A DNA stretch of 64,000 bases from positions 2,141,058 to 2,205,057 of the forward strand of contig JBNZDD010013674.1 in NCBI GenBank assembly GCA_050575255.1, given 5' to 3'. Source of the stretch: Harriotta raleighana. Taxonomy: Eukaryota. Below, in pieces: positions 1 through 14,314 of this stretch. The stretch's first letter is position 1, and each line of letters begins with the position of its first letter. The position numbers and the translations under genes were made by a program. Below the pieces are notes generated by a model, which worked only from the letters and a program-made list of their open reading frames with translations, searched no databases and was not told the origin of the DNA.

Positions 1-138
1 GAGGGCAGCTCACTATACACTACAACCAATCACTGTATGTTACTGTAAGCATTATAGGGGGGTGACTCGACTTACATACAAATTCGACTTACACCAAATC
101 TTAGGAACCTAACCCTGACGTAACTTGAGGACTGCCTG
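1..138. mobile_element. Right end of a Tigger/pogo-like DNA transposon remnant
   Basis: Ends gaggactgcctg followed by TA, with repeated cgacttac subterminal motifs typical of Tigger-family ends. Confidence 0.5.
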
Positions 139-474
139 TACTAGAATCCGCTGAACACTTATGGCACTCGTATCCATAAACTAGTAAATGGAATATATTC
201 ATTGGCACATGAAACACCAATTTACTTTAAACTGCAGCATGGATATAAATTTGACAATAGAGTTCATCATTTCACCCGACACACCCTCTGAGTGACTTGA
301 AAATAATGTGAACCAAGAGGTGGAAAATGTTCAATTATCACAATCAATATTCAGTCCTGAGGGCATACGCGTTTTTAAAACCCACCCCACCCACATATAG
401 AAAAATCTTTCAAATTTGCTACTCCTTTTGCTACACCATGAGTATATTTATTCTACAAGGTAGAGAACACCATA

Positions 475-896
475 CAGTAAAATTCCGATAATCCGGCACG
501 TTCAGGATTTAGGTGGTGCCAGATTAGCAAATATGGCGTATTATTGGACGTTATTCTTAGGGATTGTAGGATTTGAGTGTGCTGTGCTCTTATCAATGTT
601 ACATACCTGTATAGCGAAAATCAGAGCTCTCCCCAGCCCAGCGGAGCAGGCGGTCTGCCTAAAGAGGCATCGCACCCGCCGAAAGTTAATTTTTAAAAAA
701 ATTGCGCACGCATTTATCAAAGGGCGCATGCGCACTTATTAAATTTCACATCAGTGATGGTCCCCCAAGGAAAATGCACTGAGTAGTGTGAAGGCTCCCT
801 GGGAAGAGATGCGCATATTGGAAAAAGACAGACCATCGCAGATGCCGGATTATAAAGCATTCCGGATTAATGTGCTGGATTAAAGGAATTCTCTTG
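475..896. mobile_element. Tigger/pogo-like MITE
   Basis: TA-CAGTAAAATTCC...GGAATTCTCTTG-TA imperfect TIRs, TA target-site duplication, and subterminal atccggca/gccggatta repeats. Confidence 0.7.
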
Positions 897-3800
897 TATT
901 TAGATTATTTGATAAACTGTGTTTTTTAAAAAAAATGACAAGTCTTAGTTTGAATTCTAATATTCTAATGTCCCATGATGATGAGACGAGATTTTTAAAA
1001 TTCATATGCAACATATCTTCATATCTGTGCAAAAAAGATATTATGTATCTTTAAAATACAGTCTAGTTAGTTTCTATGACAAATTTCTTCTGTGTTTTTT
1101 CTCTGAACCATTTCTCTGATGTGGCATGGGAAAATTGTAAGCACACAGACTTTGAAGGATCTCAGCCTTATCCTGATGTGCCCATCCTCTGAGGAAGTTA
1201 CAAATCCAGTTCTGCAGTTCAAAGATTAGGTTAAAAAAAAATCACAAGTACTGTATATAGATTATGCCATAATAAATTGAAAGAAAAATGATGTTTACCA
1301 CCATCAATTTGAAATCAGAATAGGCATTTAAATCCTTAAACGTTTTATCAAAAAGTAACATTTATAAAGTATGCTTTGTTTTCTCACCGTTTTAAGAAAT
1401 GAGAAATATATGAGCTCATCTGCTGCAAGTGATGTGATTGACATTTTAATACACCATGTGGCAGGAATCCAAAATGATTCTATAGAATATAAAAATGCTG
1501 CTTTTACAATAGTGCCATCTATAGACCTGAAAAATGAACACCTTTGCTATCCCTGGAGTTCTAGTCAGCAGTAACAACAACAACAAAATTACATTTGTAA
1601 ATGAAATTGCTAGCAAATGTCAACCACTTCATGAAATGTGCATAAACATACAGTAACAAATCTTTAATGATTTCTTTAGAGTTTTATCTTCTGGGTGCTT
1701 TCAATAAGGAAAAATCAAGCCTCTTTACTGTTTAATTTTCACACTTGGCACTTGTTTTACGAATGAACCCACCAAAAAAAGAAAGTATTCAATTGCATAA
1801 AGTATTTCCACACATTCGGCCACAAATACACAGTCAATGAACTTCACAATATATTCTGTGAAATGCATTGAGATGTTGCGAGGAAAGTGATAAGGCGCTG
1901 TGTCAAATGCAAGGATTATTATTTATTATTTTACTGTTATCATTAACTGCCATTGGCAGCTACTGTTCATGCCATAAAAGAATTTCATCAATGGTTCTGT
2001 GCACCTACAGTTCTCGTATCTGAGGATTCATCTCGCAAGTAGTTATTGCAGGAAGTTGCTTTGACTTAACAAAAATAACCATAAGAGGAACAGAACAAGT
2101 TTAAACGTTCAAGATGGCTTTTAAAGTTAGTAATAGAGTTCATACTCCATGTGCCCACATAAATTGGATGAGATTGCTAGAGAACAAAGAAAGTGGCAGG
2201 TTTATCTCAGTACTTAAGATCTGTACAAAAGTGTTGACATTTTTCCTCTCTTTCTAATGGTGAAGTACTAATTTGTCTTGACAACTACCACTTAAAAAGG
2301 CAGTCAACCTTGAAATACAAAACAATTCAAGAGCATTTCACAGTACATCCAGCTGGTAAAATTGACACATTTTAGAAGGAGCAGCAAAGGTGAAACCCAC
2401 AGTGATGTGAAAAGTACATTTTTTCTAGATCTGAAGTATTGAAAATCCTGCTGGGAACTTCTTTACTGTGTATTGTTGCAGAAAGTGCTATTGCTTCCCA
2501 TTCTTGCATTTTTTTTTCATGCTTCCTGTGCAGTATTCTTCCCCGTTTACGGCTCCCTGCAGGCCTCTTGACATTTAACTCATTACATTAGAATTTTATC
2601 TATTGTACTTTGTTTCTGTGTCTCTTTCCCTCTTTGTTCTTAATCTCCCATCTCTCACCTTGGTTCCCCTGACCCTCAAGTGGCAGAGAGGTCTTTGAAT
2701 GCTAAAATACTCAACACTATAAAGGTTCTTTAATAATAAGCTTTACATTTTGGTAGTGCCCCCCATTTTGTTAATAGCTCAAAGCACTTCAGAGTATTTT
2801 TTAGTAAAATGTAATGACTGTGTATTTGTTGGTGAACCCAGGAGTCAATTTTGCACACGGCAGTGCTCCACAAGTAACCGGAAGGTAAATAAATGATCAT
2901 TTTCCCAGAGGATTGTTTGCCAGGATTCCAGGAGAAACTCCCTTCTTCTCTGAATGAACATAAATTAAAAGCAAGGCAGTCAGCTGTATTGTCATTTTGG
3001 GTGGATCTGCCGTGTAATGGGCCATACACAGTGTCTTGTATTTATCAGTTTAGCACAGCTCCTGCAATTGAGGCGTTCACGGGAGCCATTATGTACCACC
3101 ACACCCAAAGTGTTTACAATTGCTACTGTTCCACTGGGTTTGATTGACCGCTTTACAGCATTCAACTTTCCCTTTCAGAGCTCAACCTCCCTTCCTTTCC
3201 AGTTTCACAATTTATAGAATGGTTAGTAAATGTAGTTTTTCATTTCTGTTATGAGAGATGGCACAGCCTAGGAAATCTGATTACCCCCCCTTTTTAAAAA
3301 AAAGTTCAATTTTCTCTCCTGAAATTGCTGTCTTAAACTACATTATGCTTCCAAGGCAGCCTTCCTGCTCCTCATTTAAGAGGCCATTTGTCACCAGCGA
3401 GGGTCAGCACAACATTCAATCATGTAGTCCCTAGGGCATTACACCTAAGAAATGGTTATGTTGTTACTTGATGTTGAAGTACACACAGGCGGAGTCATTG
3501 GATGGGGAACAGGAGAGACCAGTTTTGTAGATTTATCTCCTCCCGAGTGCAAAGACACAAGGCCAATAATGGCAACCAAAATTCTACCCAGACAGAAACC
3601 ATCTGATTCACGGTTATGTCTGCAGATTACATCCGTTATTTGTATGTAAGGTAATCAGAAAGATAGTAGCGTTGTATGTCCGTCTGTCAGTAAAGTTGAA
3701 ATATATGCTTTAGTTAATGGGTTTCTGAGAAGCTTGCTCTGTAATACAGGTGACATAGAGTCACCAGGCAACTGCTGCTTGGAGTTTGTTCTGGTAAATT

Positions 3801-6289
3801 GTTTCATCTCAGTGGTTTGTGTCCACTGTTCTGTTGAACCTGAGGACTAAAGGAAAATGGCTGTGCCCACAAAGGAATTGAAAAAACACTGAATTTTTTG
3901 CAATTAACTGTTGAATGTTATAACCTGTTTTACTAACTCTCATGTTATAACAGATATTCAAGAGCTAAGTGACTGCTTTGATATACCTAATAAAGGAGGT
4001 GAAGTTATTCATCCTCAAGTAGTGTAAGTTAGACAGCATTTTATCTCCAGGCAAACAGGCACAAAAAGATCATGAAGGTAAGTTGTGGATGTATTTCAGC
4101 GAAGGAGGCATTTAATCTTGAATATTTGGGTAAACTAGTAAAAGAACAGCATTATTTAGACTTATTTATAATGCAACTTCAAGTGTTCAGGCCTGCTCAG
4201 AAATCTCTGGTCAACTGCTGCAAAAAAATGCCCTGTACTACCACAAAGTATTGGTAAGTGATATGGTAAACCCTCAGACAAGTCACTATCAGCAATAATG
4301 CTCCTAATCACTCATTTCACATCTTGTCTCAAATCAGATGGCTTTACCTTTATCTTCACAATGGGAATCACAAAATCTCCACATTGTAAGACAAATAACA
4401 TACTAACGCAGAACAGTTGTAGTTTCTACCTGAAACCACAGAATGGCATCCCATGACACTGATAGAAGTCAGTTCATCCCATCCTCTTATTATTAAAGCA
4501 GAAAGAATACAACCCAATGTGGCCTCAGATTGAGAGCAGTCTGCAGAACTTGTAAAAGAAACTATTGCCTTTTACAGTATAATATTTGTTGTGGGCTTTA
4601 TGAAGCAATCCATGAGCACAGTTCTAATAGAATAGAAATGGCATTCACATACAAAATCTCCATATAGGGCAAAACATCCATCCCTCCACAAGTTGTACAG
4701 AAGCCTGAATAAGTGGATAATATTTATAAGGAATTTTGGACATAAAAATATTTTTTAAGCCAAACTCACTGCTCAAAGCAACATACGTTTGGATATGGAG
4801 GCAGAAATATCTTTCTATTTTTTATGTAAAGCTGATATGTAGCCAAGCCACTAGATACAGTAAAGCAGCCAGCTGCAGAACAAGTCCTTAGTGGAAATGC
4901 TTGAGGTCAGCCATTGAACTTTCTGCTACGCAGGTAACAGGAAGTGGGTAGAGGTTGCAGGGATTACATTTTCTGAGAATTTCAGGGTTCCTGTAAACAT
5001 CCAAACTTTCTGGAAATAACTTTCTTGCCAAAAGCACTCTGGTGAACAAGTTCAAGCCAACCTAAAGGTCTTGAAAAATCACCAAAATATCTGGCTTGGT
5101 GCCCAGATCTGCAGCTTGCACAGCTCAGTGTAGGCAGTTATTGTCTTAAAAGGCAAACCATTGCTGAAGATTTACTTCAGGAATCAAACGATCCAGACAA
5201 AAAGAGAACAGGGAAGAGTAATTCCTGTAAGACATGTTTTTACCTTCTCATCTCGTGTAGTAAATCAAGATCGGATCTGTCCCATTTTTGATGGAAACCC
5301 CATGATCATAGAATCATAGAATCTTACGGCACAAAAGGAGACCATTTGGCCCATCGATTTTTTCCGGCTGTTTGAAAAAAGCAATTCAATGCCACTCCCC
5401 AGCTCTCTCCCCACAACAGCGCAAACCCGTCCTCCCTAGACAAATGTCTACCTCTCTTTTAAAAGTTGTTATGATGTACCTCTTCCCATGGTACATGTGA
5501 GAAAGTCAGCAAATGTAGTGTGCACTTCATTGGGATCTCTTTATCCCTTCCCACCCCAAATTCAGTGGCATGCATTATCTAAGCTATGGTTTGACCAAAG
5601 TTGTAAGAGTTTATATGAAGCTTCCCTCCTGTACCTGTTTAATTAATTTGCTTGAGCTGGAAGGGAGATGAGGGTTTGCACACAAGGAGGAGATGGGGTG
5701 GAGAGATTTTGCAAGAGAATTCTAGAGAGTGAGGGCATAGTGACTGACAGTAGTGACCAATGATATCACGCTGAGCTATTTTCTTCCGAGAAACTTGTAA
5801 GGAGTTCCTAGAACTTGCCATCCACTTAGTGAGAGCTAAAATCTGCACTTATTGGACGTCAAATGACCAACTAGCGACTATCCTCCTGGGAGTTGGAAAG
5901 GTAAGCAGGGGCTCCTTAGAGCTGAATTGGCTCCAATGGGAAATGTTTGATAAAAGGAATGTCAACATCGAGCCAACCCTCTGTGTCGGTCCTTCTAATC
6001 CAGTTTCTGAGCCAGGTAGGCCCGTAGTACTGGGCATTGCTAATAACAGCACAGCCAAGCTGGCTCATAGTCAAGACCTGGGAGAGGAGACCAGTCACTG
6101 GGGGCAGGGAGTCAGTTCCTGTTATCCCTACAAGCCAAAGTCCTAATGGGTAGGATGGCCCTGGTTGGGACAAGCAACGAGAAAACCTGGCAGACAATGA
6201 TATCAATGGCAAAAACTATGTGTTTTTTTTTACTGGTTAAGACTCCAGCAGTTATCCCCACATAGCTTGGCATTCCCAAGTACCAAATG

Positions 6290-7190
6290 ACATTTTTTCT
6301 ATTTGTGGCCATGGCTCCCTCTGTCTCCTCATCCTCCTTGATCTCTCTGCTGTTTTCGATACCATTGACCTCTCTATCCTCCTCCAGCACCACTCCTCTC
6401 ACCTCAACATCCATGATTCTGCTCCTGATTGGTTCAGATCCTACCTCTCACACCATCTCCACTTTGTCTCCACAAACAATTTCTCCTCTAGCTCCTGGTC
6501 CGTCGTGTGCAGAGTTGCTCAGGGCTCTGTTCTTGGTTCCCTCCTTTTCAATATCTATATGCTCCCTCTTGATGACATCATCTGCAGACATGGGGTCAAT
6601 TTCCACATTTATTTCTACAACTCTTATCTCTCTTGCTCAACCCTTGACTCCAGGACAATCCTTTCTCTCCCACAGCCTTGACATGTCCCACTCTACCTTC
6701 CCTCACCTCCGCAACATCGCCCGGCTTCACCACCGTCTCACACTGCGGGTTGCTGAGACCTTCACCTCGACTATGCAAACTCCCTGCTTGTCGGCCCTCC
6801 CAGCTCATCACTCCATAGGCTGCAGATCATCCAGAACTCTGCAGCTTATCCTCTTCTGCACCAGGCCCTATGACCCTATCACTCCCATTCTCGCCCGACT
6901 CCACTGGCTTCCCATCACACAGGATATAGTCCTCACCTTCAAAGCCCCCCAGGGTCTTGTTCCCCTCTACCTCTGCAATCTTCTAGCCCATACAAACTGC
7001 CCACTCCCTTTATTCAACAGGCTCTGGCCTGCTTCAAGTTCCCTGCCTCACCCACCATACAATTGGCAGGCAGGCTTTCTGTCACTCTGGCCCCACCCTC
7101 TGCAACTCCGTCCCGCAGTCCCTCCTCCTCGCTGTTTCTGTTGCCTCCTTCAAGATCCGTCTCAAGACCCTCCTCTCCAAAACACTGAAA
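6290..7190 (+). mobile_element. Decayed L2-clade LINE 3' portion
   Basis: Frameshifted RT C-terminal motifs: ctccgcaacatcgcc (LRNIA), ctcgactatgcaaactcc (LDYANS), PITPILARLHWLPI. C/T-rich strand bias. Confidence 0.8.
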
Positions 7191-7947
7191 TGTATGGACC
7201 TCTCTCTTTAGTTTGGTTACTTATATCATAGTGATGGGTTTCTGGAGGTGTCAGACACCCGGCTGCCAAAAAAAAAGTGTCTGAAAGCTTGCCTGCTGAT
7301 TGCTGAATTAAATGGGTGGACATAAATCAGGCCATATTGGGTCATGAGATACATATGTGAGAGGAAAAAAAGAAGCTAACTACTTACTGGTCATGATTCA
7401 GGCAGTTTGGTCTGAGAGGTTGACTACAATAAGAGATCTCAAGGGTTTAATTTCACAAGGATATTGAAAACGAGTGAAGAGTGGACTCGTAACCTCATTT
7501 CCCCTAAACTACTGTTGTATTATGTGCTGTTCTCTGTTGCTATTAGTCATGCTGTAAATGGGAGACAGCTGCTATTAATTGTTTTGGTGCCGAATCATCA
7601 GTGAAGTTGGAGTAGAGTCTAAACCTTGGTGAAGCTCAACAGCGTTCTGCAGCCTGAAGGATACACAACTTTGACAGTAAGTAGGCATTCCAAATCCAAT
7701 AACTTACTGTGACCAGAAATCAGAAGACATTTTGGCTAGGAGCCTTTTAGATTTGGGAGAATTTTCTTTTGATGTTTTTCTAAGTATGGATTTTTATTCC
7801 ATTTCAAAGTACCTTTCTAAGTGTATAGTGTACTTGCCAAGTGCAGTTTATTGGAGTTTTCAAGAATGTATATAATTTAGTGGTTCGGTGGTTCTGATAA
7901 AGATCTTGGGAGAGGGAGACGGGGAGATGGTGATTAGTGGTTAGGTA

Positions 7948-10360
7948 GTTTGGGAGTGTTTAATGCAACCTATTTTATCCTTATTATTTGTGAAGAGCCT
8001 AAACTACAAATATAGTATCTTATTTTATATTTAAAAAGCTTGAATGCTCGAGCAGTAATCTCAGTTTGAAAGAGGCATGTTGACAGTAGTTCTAATGTGG
8101 AATAAGTTACATTTCATGAGCAGAGAAATGCCATTTAATTCAAGAAAATAATGCTGAACTGGAGACTGTTTTTTGAGGGAAAATCCCTGTGATCTCCAGA
8201 AGATAAAGATACTTTAAGCCAAACAAAAGTCAACAAGTCACTTTTTTAAACTCACAACAGAGATTTGGTGATTTATATTGCGTATAATGGATGAAATAAA
8301 TAACTATAGCTTTGTGTGATATTGCCCATATGCTACCTAAAAATATGTTAAAATCTTCAAATGGCAAAATAAAACTTGATGAAATGAGGCATTCATCGTC
8401 AATGTGTGATAGAAATGAATGACGATAGCTTTGTAAATGAATAAACCATCAAACAGACACCAGACAGACAACTGGTCTAAACAAAGTACTAAGCCAACGA
8501 CTTGTAGTTTATGAAAATTAAATCATTCATGGCACATTTGGATTACCTCCCTCATGTTTGAGATGTACATGAACGAGATGGCCCAGTGCAACTCAGTGAT
8601 TTATTTTCCATTATCTGTGGTTATTGTACTAAGACCTTGTATATATCCCAGGTTAAGCAGATTGTCATTTGAGGAGTTTGTGTTCCTAAATTAGGTATAC
8701 GTACTATTTTGGCTATATTTGTCAATCACTGGATCTAATAGTTTCGAAGTTATCAAATAAAGAGGTTCTAGGAAAAAGTATTGAATTCCAGGTCAAAACA
8801 TTAGGAATGTATACATTCTGGGGCTTGTAGTAATAATAATAATACTTCTAATAATAATCCTTGCATTTCATACAGTGTCTTATCATGCCTTTAAGGCATC
8901 TCAAAGTATTTTGAAGCATATTGGTTAACATTTGCCTCATTATTTGCAAAGTAATTTTCACCCACAAATATAGTCAATTAACTTTACAGTATATTCTGTG
9001 AAGTGCTTTGAGACATCCAGAAGACATGAAAAGTGCTATATCAAATGCAAGGATTATTATGTGATCAGATGAAATCAAAAGAAAGTACGTACATTATTAC
9101 AATGCCCTATCATGGTGACATTTCTGCAAGTTTTTTTTGGAGGGTGGTCAGCTNGTTTGGGAGTGTTTAATGCAACCTATTTTATCCTTATTATTTGTGA
9201 AGAGCCTAAACTACAAATATAGTATCTTATTTTATATTTAAAAAGCTTGAATGCTCGAGCAGTAATCTCAGTTTGAAAGAGGCATGTTGACAGTAGTTCT
9301 AATGTGGAATAAGTTACATTTCATGAGCAGAGAAATGCCATTTAATTCAAGAAAATAATGCTGAACTGGAGACTGTTTTTTGAGGGAAAATCCCTGTGAT
9401 CTCCAGAAGATAAAGATACTTTAAGCCAAACAAAAGTCAACAAGTCACTTTTTTAAACTCACAACAGAGATTTGGTGATTTATATTGCGTATAATGGATG
9501 AAATAAATAACTATAGCTTTGTGTGATATTGCCCATATGCTACCTAAAAATATGTTAAAATCTTCAAATGGCAAAATAAAACTTGATGAAATGAGGCATT
9601 CATCGTCAATGTGTGATAGAAATGAATGACGATAGCTTTGTAAATGAATAAACCATCAAACAGACACCAGACAGACAACTGGTCTAAACAAAGTACTAAG
9701 CCAACGACTTGTAGTTTATGAAAATTAAATCATTCATGGCACATTTGGATTACCTCCCTCATGTTTGAGATGTACATGAACGAGATGGCCCAGTGCAACT
9801 CAGTGATTTATTTTCCATTATCTGTGGTTATTGTACTAAGACCTTGTATATATCCCAGGTTAAGCAGATTGTCATTTGAGGAGTTTGTGTTCCTAAATTA
9901 GGTATACGTACTATTTTGGCTATATTTGTCAATCACTGGATCTAATAGTTTCGAAGTTATCAAATAAAGAGGTTCTAGGAAAAAGTATTGAATTCCAGGT
10001 CAAAACATTAGGAATGTATACATTCTGGGGCTTGTAGTAATAATAATAATACTTCTAATAATAATCCTTGCATTTCATACAGTGTCTTATCATGCCTTTA
10101 AGGCATCTCAAAGTATTTTGAAGCATATTGGTTAACATTTGCCTCATTATTTGCAAAGTAATTTTCACCCACAAATATAGTCAATTAACTTTACAGTATA
10201 TTCTGTGAAGTGCTTTGAGACATCCAGAAGACATGAAAAGTGCTATATCAAATGCAAGGATTATTATGTGATCAGATGAAATCAAAAGAAAGTACGTACA
10301 TTATTACAATGCCCTATCATGGTGACATTTCTGCAAGTTTTTTTTGGAGGGTGGTCAGCT
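7948..10360. repeat. 1206-bp direct duplication (7948-9153 and 9155-10360) separated by one N; probable assembly overlap
   Basis: Both copies start gtttgggagtgtttaatgc, end agggtggtcagct, have equal length and look identical. N at 9154. Confidence 0.9.
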
Positions 10361-10904
10361 GAATTTCTTACACTTGAGATACCTACCATCACCTACCAGC
10401 ATATACAATCACCCTAACAACTCTTCATGGGATCTGAACAGACTGTTCAGTTTAACGGCTCATCCGAAAAACTGCACCCCTGGCAGTTAGCCTATTCACT
10501 TGCAGTTGGGGAAGAGAAGGGTACATTAGTCATTCCTTCTTGGAAGTTCTGGAGCTGCAATTTGTGGGTAGCTTTTGGGGATTACAGGGTGGTGTATCTT
10601 GCCGTATGGGAATTCCTGTATTTCTGTGGCCTGTTTAATCCAAAAGTTTATGTCTGAATTCAAACCATTTGTGAGTCATACACTGGTCTCCAGACCTCAG
10701 CCTAATAACCACTGCAATTTATTTAGTCAGCAGTGGTGGATTCGTTTTGCTGACCCACCAACTGCTACTTTGAAAGCTTTGTGTTTGACAATAGAATTGC
10801 CAGCTCAGGGAATTTGAAGATGGCTACGCTTGTCAAGTTTGTTCTCGACTTTACCGTGATAACCCGAGAGGAAAACAAAATTCCTAGACTTGTGCCAAAT
10901 TCAA

Positions 10905-11204
10905 TGTATGCCTGCATTTGTAACTCACTTAGCAAGAGATCTGGGTTTGATTCCTGGCAGGGCGAAACCTTGGGCAAGTTTTCTTTCTCCACATGCCTGA
11001 TAAGAAATCCTCAAGAAAGAAAACAATAATAAATCGGTCACTTCAATCCACGACTGTTTGTGGGACGCTGCTGTGTGAAATTGACTGTTGCGTTTCGCCC
11101 ACAAATACAGTCAATTCACTTTACAATGTATTCTGTGAAGTGCTTTGAGACATATAGAAGACGTGAAAAGCGCTCTTATCAAATTGCAAGGATTCATTAT
11201 TGTT
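10905..11204 (+). mobile_element. tRNA-headed Deu-domain SINE, same family
   Basis: ctgggtttgattcctggcagggcgaaaccttgggcaag, core ctgtttgtgggacgctgctgtgtgaaattg...gcgtttcgcccacaaatacagtc, tail gcaaggattcattatt. Truncated copies at about 1815-1930(+), 18455-18570(+), 22965-23070(+), 27035-27160(+), 30000-30170(-), 32665-32820(-), 58290-58480(+), 59895-60130(+) and 61590-61790(+). Confidence 0.8.
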
Positions 11205-14200
11205 GAGTTGGTCCGCTGAGATATGTATGGCGGATTCCGAAACAATTCAGCATACAAAGTAGGAGCTTATTAATTTAATTATTATTATTATTATCATTGG
11301 TCCTTTTCAGAATCTGGTTAGCTTCTTGAAATAGTGGTTGACTCCTTCCATCATAGTAGGTGTAGCCATCTACACAATCAGTTTCTCCTCAGTATTTTTC
11401 TAGCTAATCATGCAAGCTAGTGGCTTTCTCTCGTCTCAGATCTGGACTTGCTGATCTTCCTTTGCTCTCATGATTTCACAGACAATGGGTGAACAATACA
11501 GTGCATGCACTCCCTGCATGCCACTAATGCTATATTACATCATGGTTTTTTAAATAAAAATAAATAATAGACCTGGAATTAAACTGAGTTGCCATTAAAA
11601 TGGATAGTAAAGAGTCCCATGAAAAAGGAGGGATTTTCTTCCAGTATCCTGGTTAACAATTATTTAGCTTAATTCACCATTCAACTCTTGGATGTTTGTC
11701 GAACTTTGCTGGCTTATTTGCTTATCAAAATTATTTACTAAAGTTGACGATAATTGCTTGTCAAGTGCTTTGATGTGATAAGGGGCTAAAACATAAGGAA
11801 ATTATTTCCTTATTTATAAATAATTTGTATGCACAAATGAGTGAATGACTGTTGTAGAAGTGACTATTTCCTTAAGATGAGGTTTACTGCAGTAAATAAA
11901 TACAATGTGTTGCCTTCAACCCAGTGTGTACAGTTGAATTGTTTTGTAACAAAGTACAGCTGTGGTCATGGAGACTTTCTGCTTTAATGAACATGGGTTG
12001 TTGGAACTGCAGTTGATTTGGGAATAATTCCAGGGAGGAATTCATGTGATGTAAATCAACGCCTTGGGACATTCCTCCGACGTGAAAGGCATTTTAGAAA
12101 TGTAATTTTGTTGCTGTAGTTGTAAATGCGAGGAGCGTTTGAGCAAAGCCATCGTAATTTAAGATAAAATGACGAACATTAGCACTGTACCTCGCTGTGT
12201 TCTTTTTCGTTTCAAATCCTGATTAAAGTTAGATTTTGGTCGACCACCTGAGGATAGCTGATGGTGGTGGCTGTGTGGGGAGAGATTAGAGCTTGATGAC
12301 TGCAGGTCAGAAATCGGAGCTGAGTTCTTACAAGAAAATATTTATTGGAATGAATGAGTTGAAGAAACCTGGAGGTGTATGGGATTTATAATGGTATTTG
12401 CACTGTGATAGTGCTCAGAATCAATTCCTTTGAAGTGATAGTTCTGCTGGAAGCGGTGGAAGCTGTGAACTGGGTGCAAATGATATAATTAATTACTGAA
12501 TAAAGATATCAAAATGGTCACTTGGACAACATAACACTCGGTTCCTATGTATGAGTGTGTATGTCATACTTTGACATCTGCCTTAAAATGCCCCTCAGTT
12601 ATCAGTCATTCGTGTATGCGATAAAGGCATCACATATTGGTGCACTTACCAGAGTTTGGATTACCACTTTCTTTGAATAAACTTCCACATTCTCTGCAAG
12701 CAAACACGACTGTACACCAAAGTACTTTAGCAACTTGTGTGGGGTGATCAGTGTCTATGCCTTCAAGGCTGATTGTCATGAAGCTGCACCTGCAATGTAA
12801 AGACAACATCAAAGCAGGGCCTCAGTTCTAGGTATCCCTCTGCGTGTTGTTTAAAGCCACTGCATGCCTGGAGTGACTCTATTGATCTAATGTATCCCCC
12901 ACTGCATTGCTTTGTTTTAATGAGTCTGATTCCTGGCCTTCAGCACCTTTCCTGACAATCTGTCCCAGTGGTTGATTACTGTCTGCATAAAGGAGACTTT
13001 CTGAAGTCTATCCTGAAGCTACTCTTTACAACTCTCAACCTACATCCTCTTATTCTACTGTCATGATACATCCTAAAGTATTGATCTGGCTTTATATTTT
13101 CCAATTCGCTAAAAAAATTTGTACACCTCTGTCTGTGCGATACCCTCCGTGTCTGATGCCTACACAAACACTACTTTAGATCTGACCCAGAGAGTTTTTC
13201 TAGGTGGAAATTGCACTGCTGGTCTGAGGCAGGTCTATGGGAAAACAGCTGTGAAATAGAACTCAAAATCGCCAATGTACAGTAGCTTGATCTTATTGTG
13301 GGACATAATACTGGGCAACTTTGCAAATAAATGACTATAAACATTACCCAGATTCAGCAGTGAAGGCAGATTGCTTGACCCTCTCCTGATACCAATTTGT
13401 GTATTGGATAACCCTGGATCATGTTGTTTCCAATTGTATTTTTACATTTTCCTTCCACCCTTCCCTTTAAACAACCCCAACCACATGCAAATGAGCAGTG
13501 CTTATTTCACATTTGTGTTGACTATTAAGTGAATTTATTTTATTTCAGACAATATATGGCCTCGTGTTTATAACTTGTAATATATCAGTGTCATCCATGC
13601 AGCGAATACCACCTGCATAATTAATTATTCTGTCTCTTTAATACAAATGAGTCTTAAGAGATTTACTGTGGCCACCCAGTGGTTAGTGAGGGAATGCAAT
13701 CACTTACAATAATATCCTGTTAGTCTGAAATTAAAAAGAGATTACCCTGCTTATATTGGCTGATTCAAATGCAATTCAGATATATTCAGAGGGAGAAATA
13801 AAAAAAATCCACTGGTGAATGCTGTTAGTCTTATTATTGTGACCAAATTATGTTGCAGATGATTTCTGGAGAGTGGTTTGGTTTGATTGATCGATTGTTT
13901 AGACTGAGATATGGTGCTGTGATCGAGGCTCGACAATCAAATTTACAACCTGCAGTTTTCTGGGTAAAAAAACAGAAGAAGAAACAAATTGGCTACCCAT
14001 GGTTATCAGCAGTCACTCGGCAATCTTTCAGCCTGTATCCCAGGCGAGATATTTTGCTTGAAGAAAGTGTAGAAACTTCAAAGATGTGTGCTTCTATTAC
14101 AGTAGAGCCATTACACTTTGGAGCAAGGAACATCTCGTCACAGGTACAATGTAAAATGTAAGATCAAAATGATCAGAATAGAATGATTCAAATGGAAAGC

Positions 14201-14314
14201 CAAGCAAATAATTAAACCGGTCTTCCACATAATGAGCAGACGGGTTATGTCAATGCAGATCATTTGTGCATAATGTGCACATCAGTGCCTGGGGTGTTGC
14301 ACAGTGATGGTCTC

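Noticed and set aside
6287-7231. 314-aa ORF, the longest in the track
   Set aside because: Stop-poor reading of a C/T-rich decayed L2. RT motifs appear only in patches across shifting frames, so it is not a host gene.
12939-12959. REST/RE1-like TTCAGCACC half-site (also at ~20075)
   Set aside because: The GGACAG half is missing, and the 20075 instance lies within a CR1 tail.
13850-14161. 103-aa plus-strand ORF with exon-like cag/gt flanks, possibly from a convergent neighbour such as PAWR
   Set aside because: No recognisable protein similarity in any frame and a weak polypyrimidine tract. It cannot be supported without expression data.
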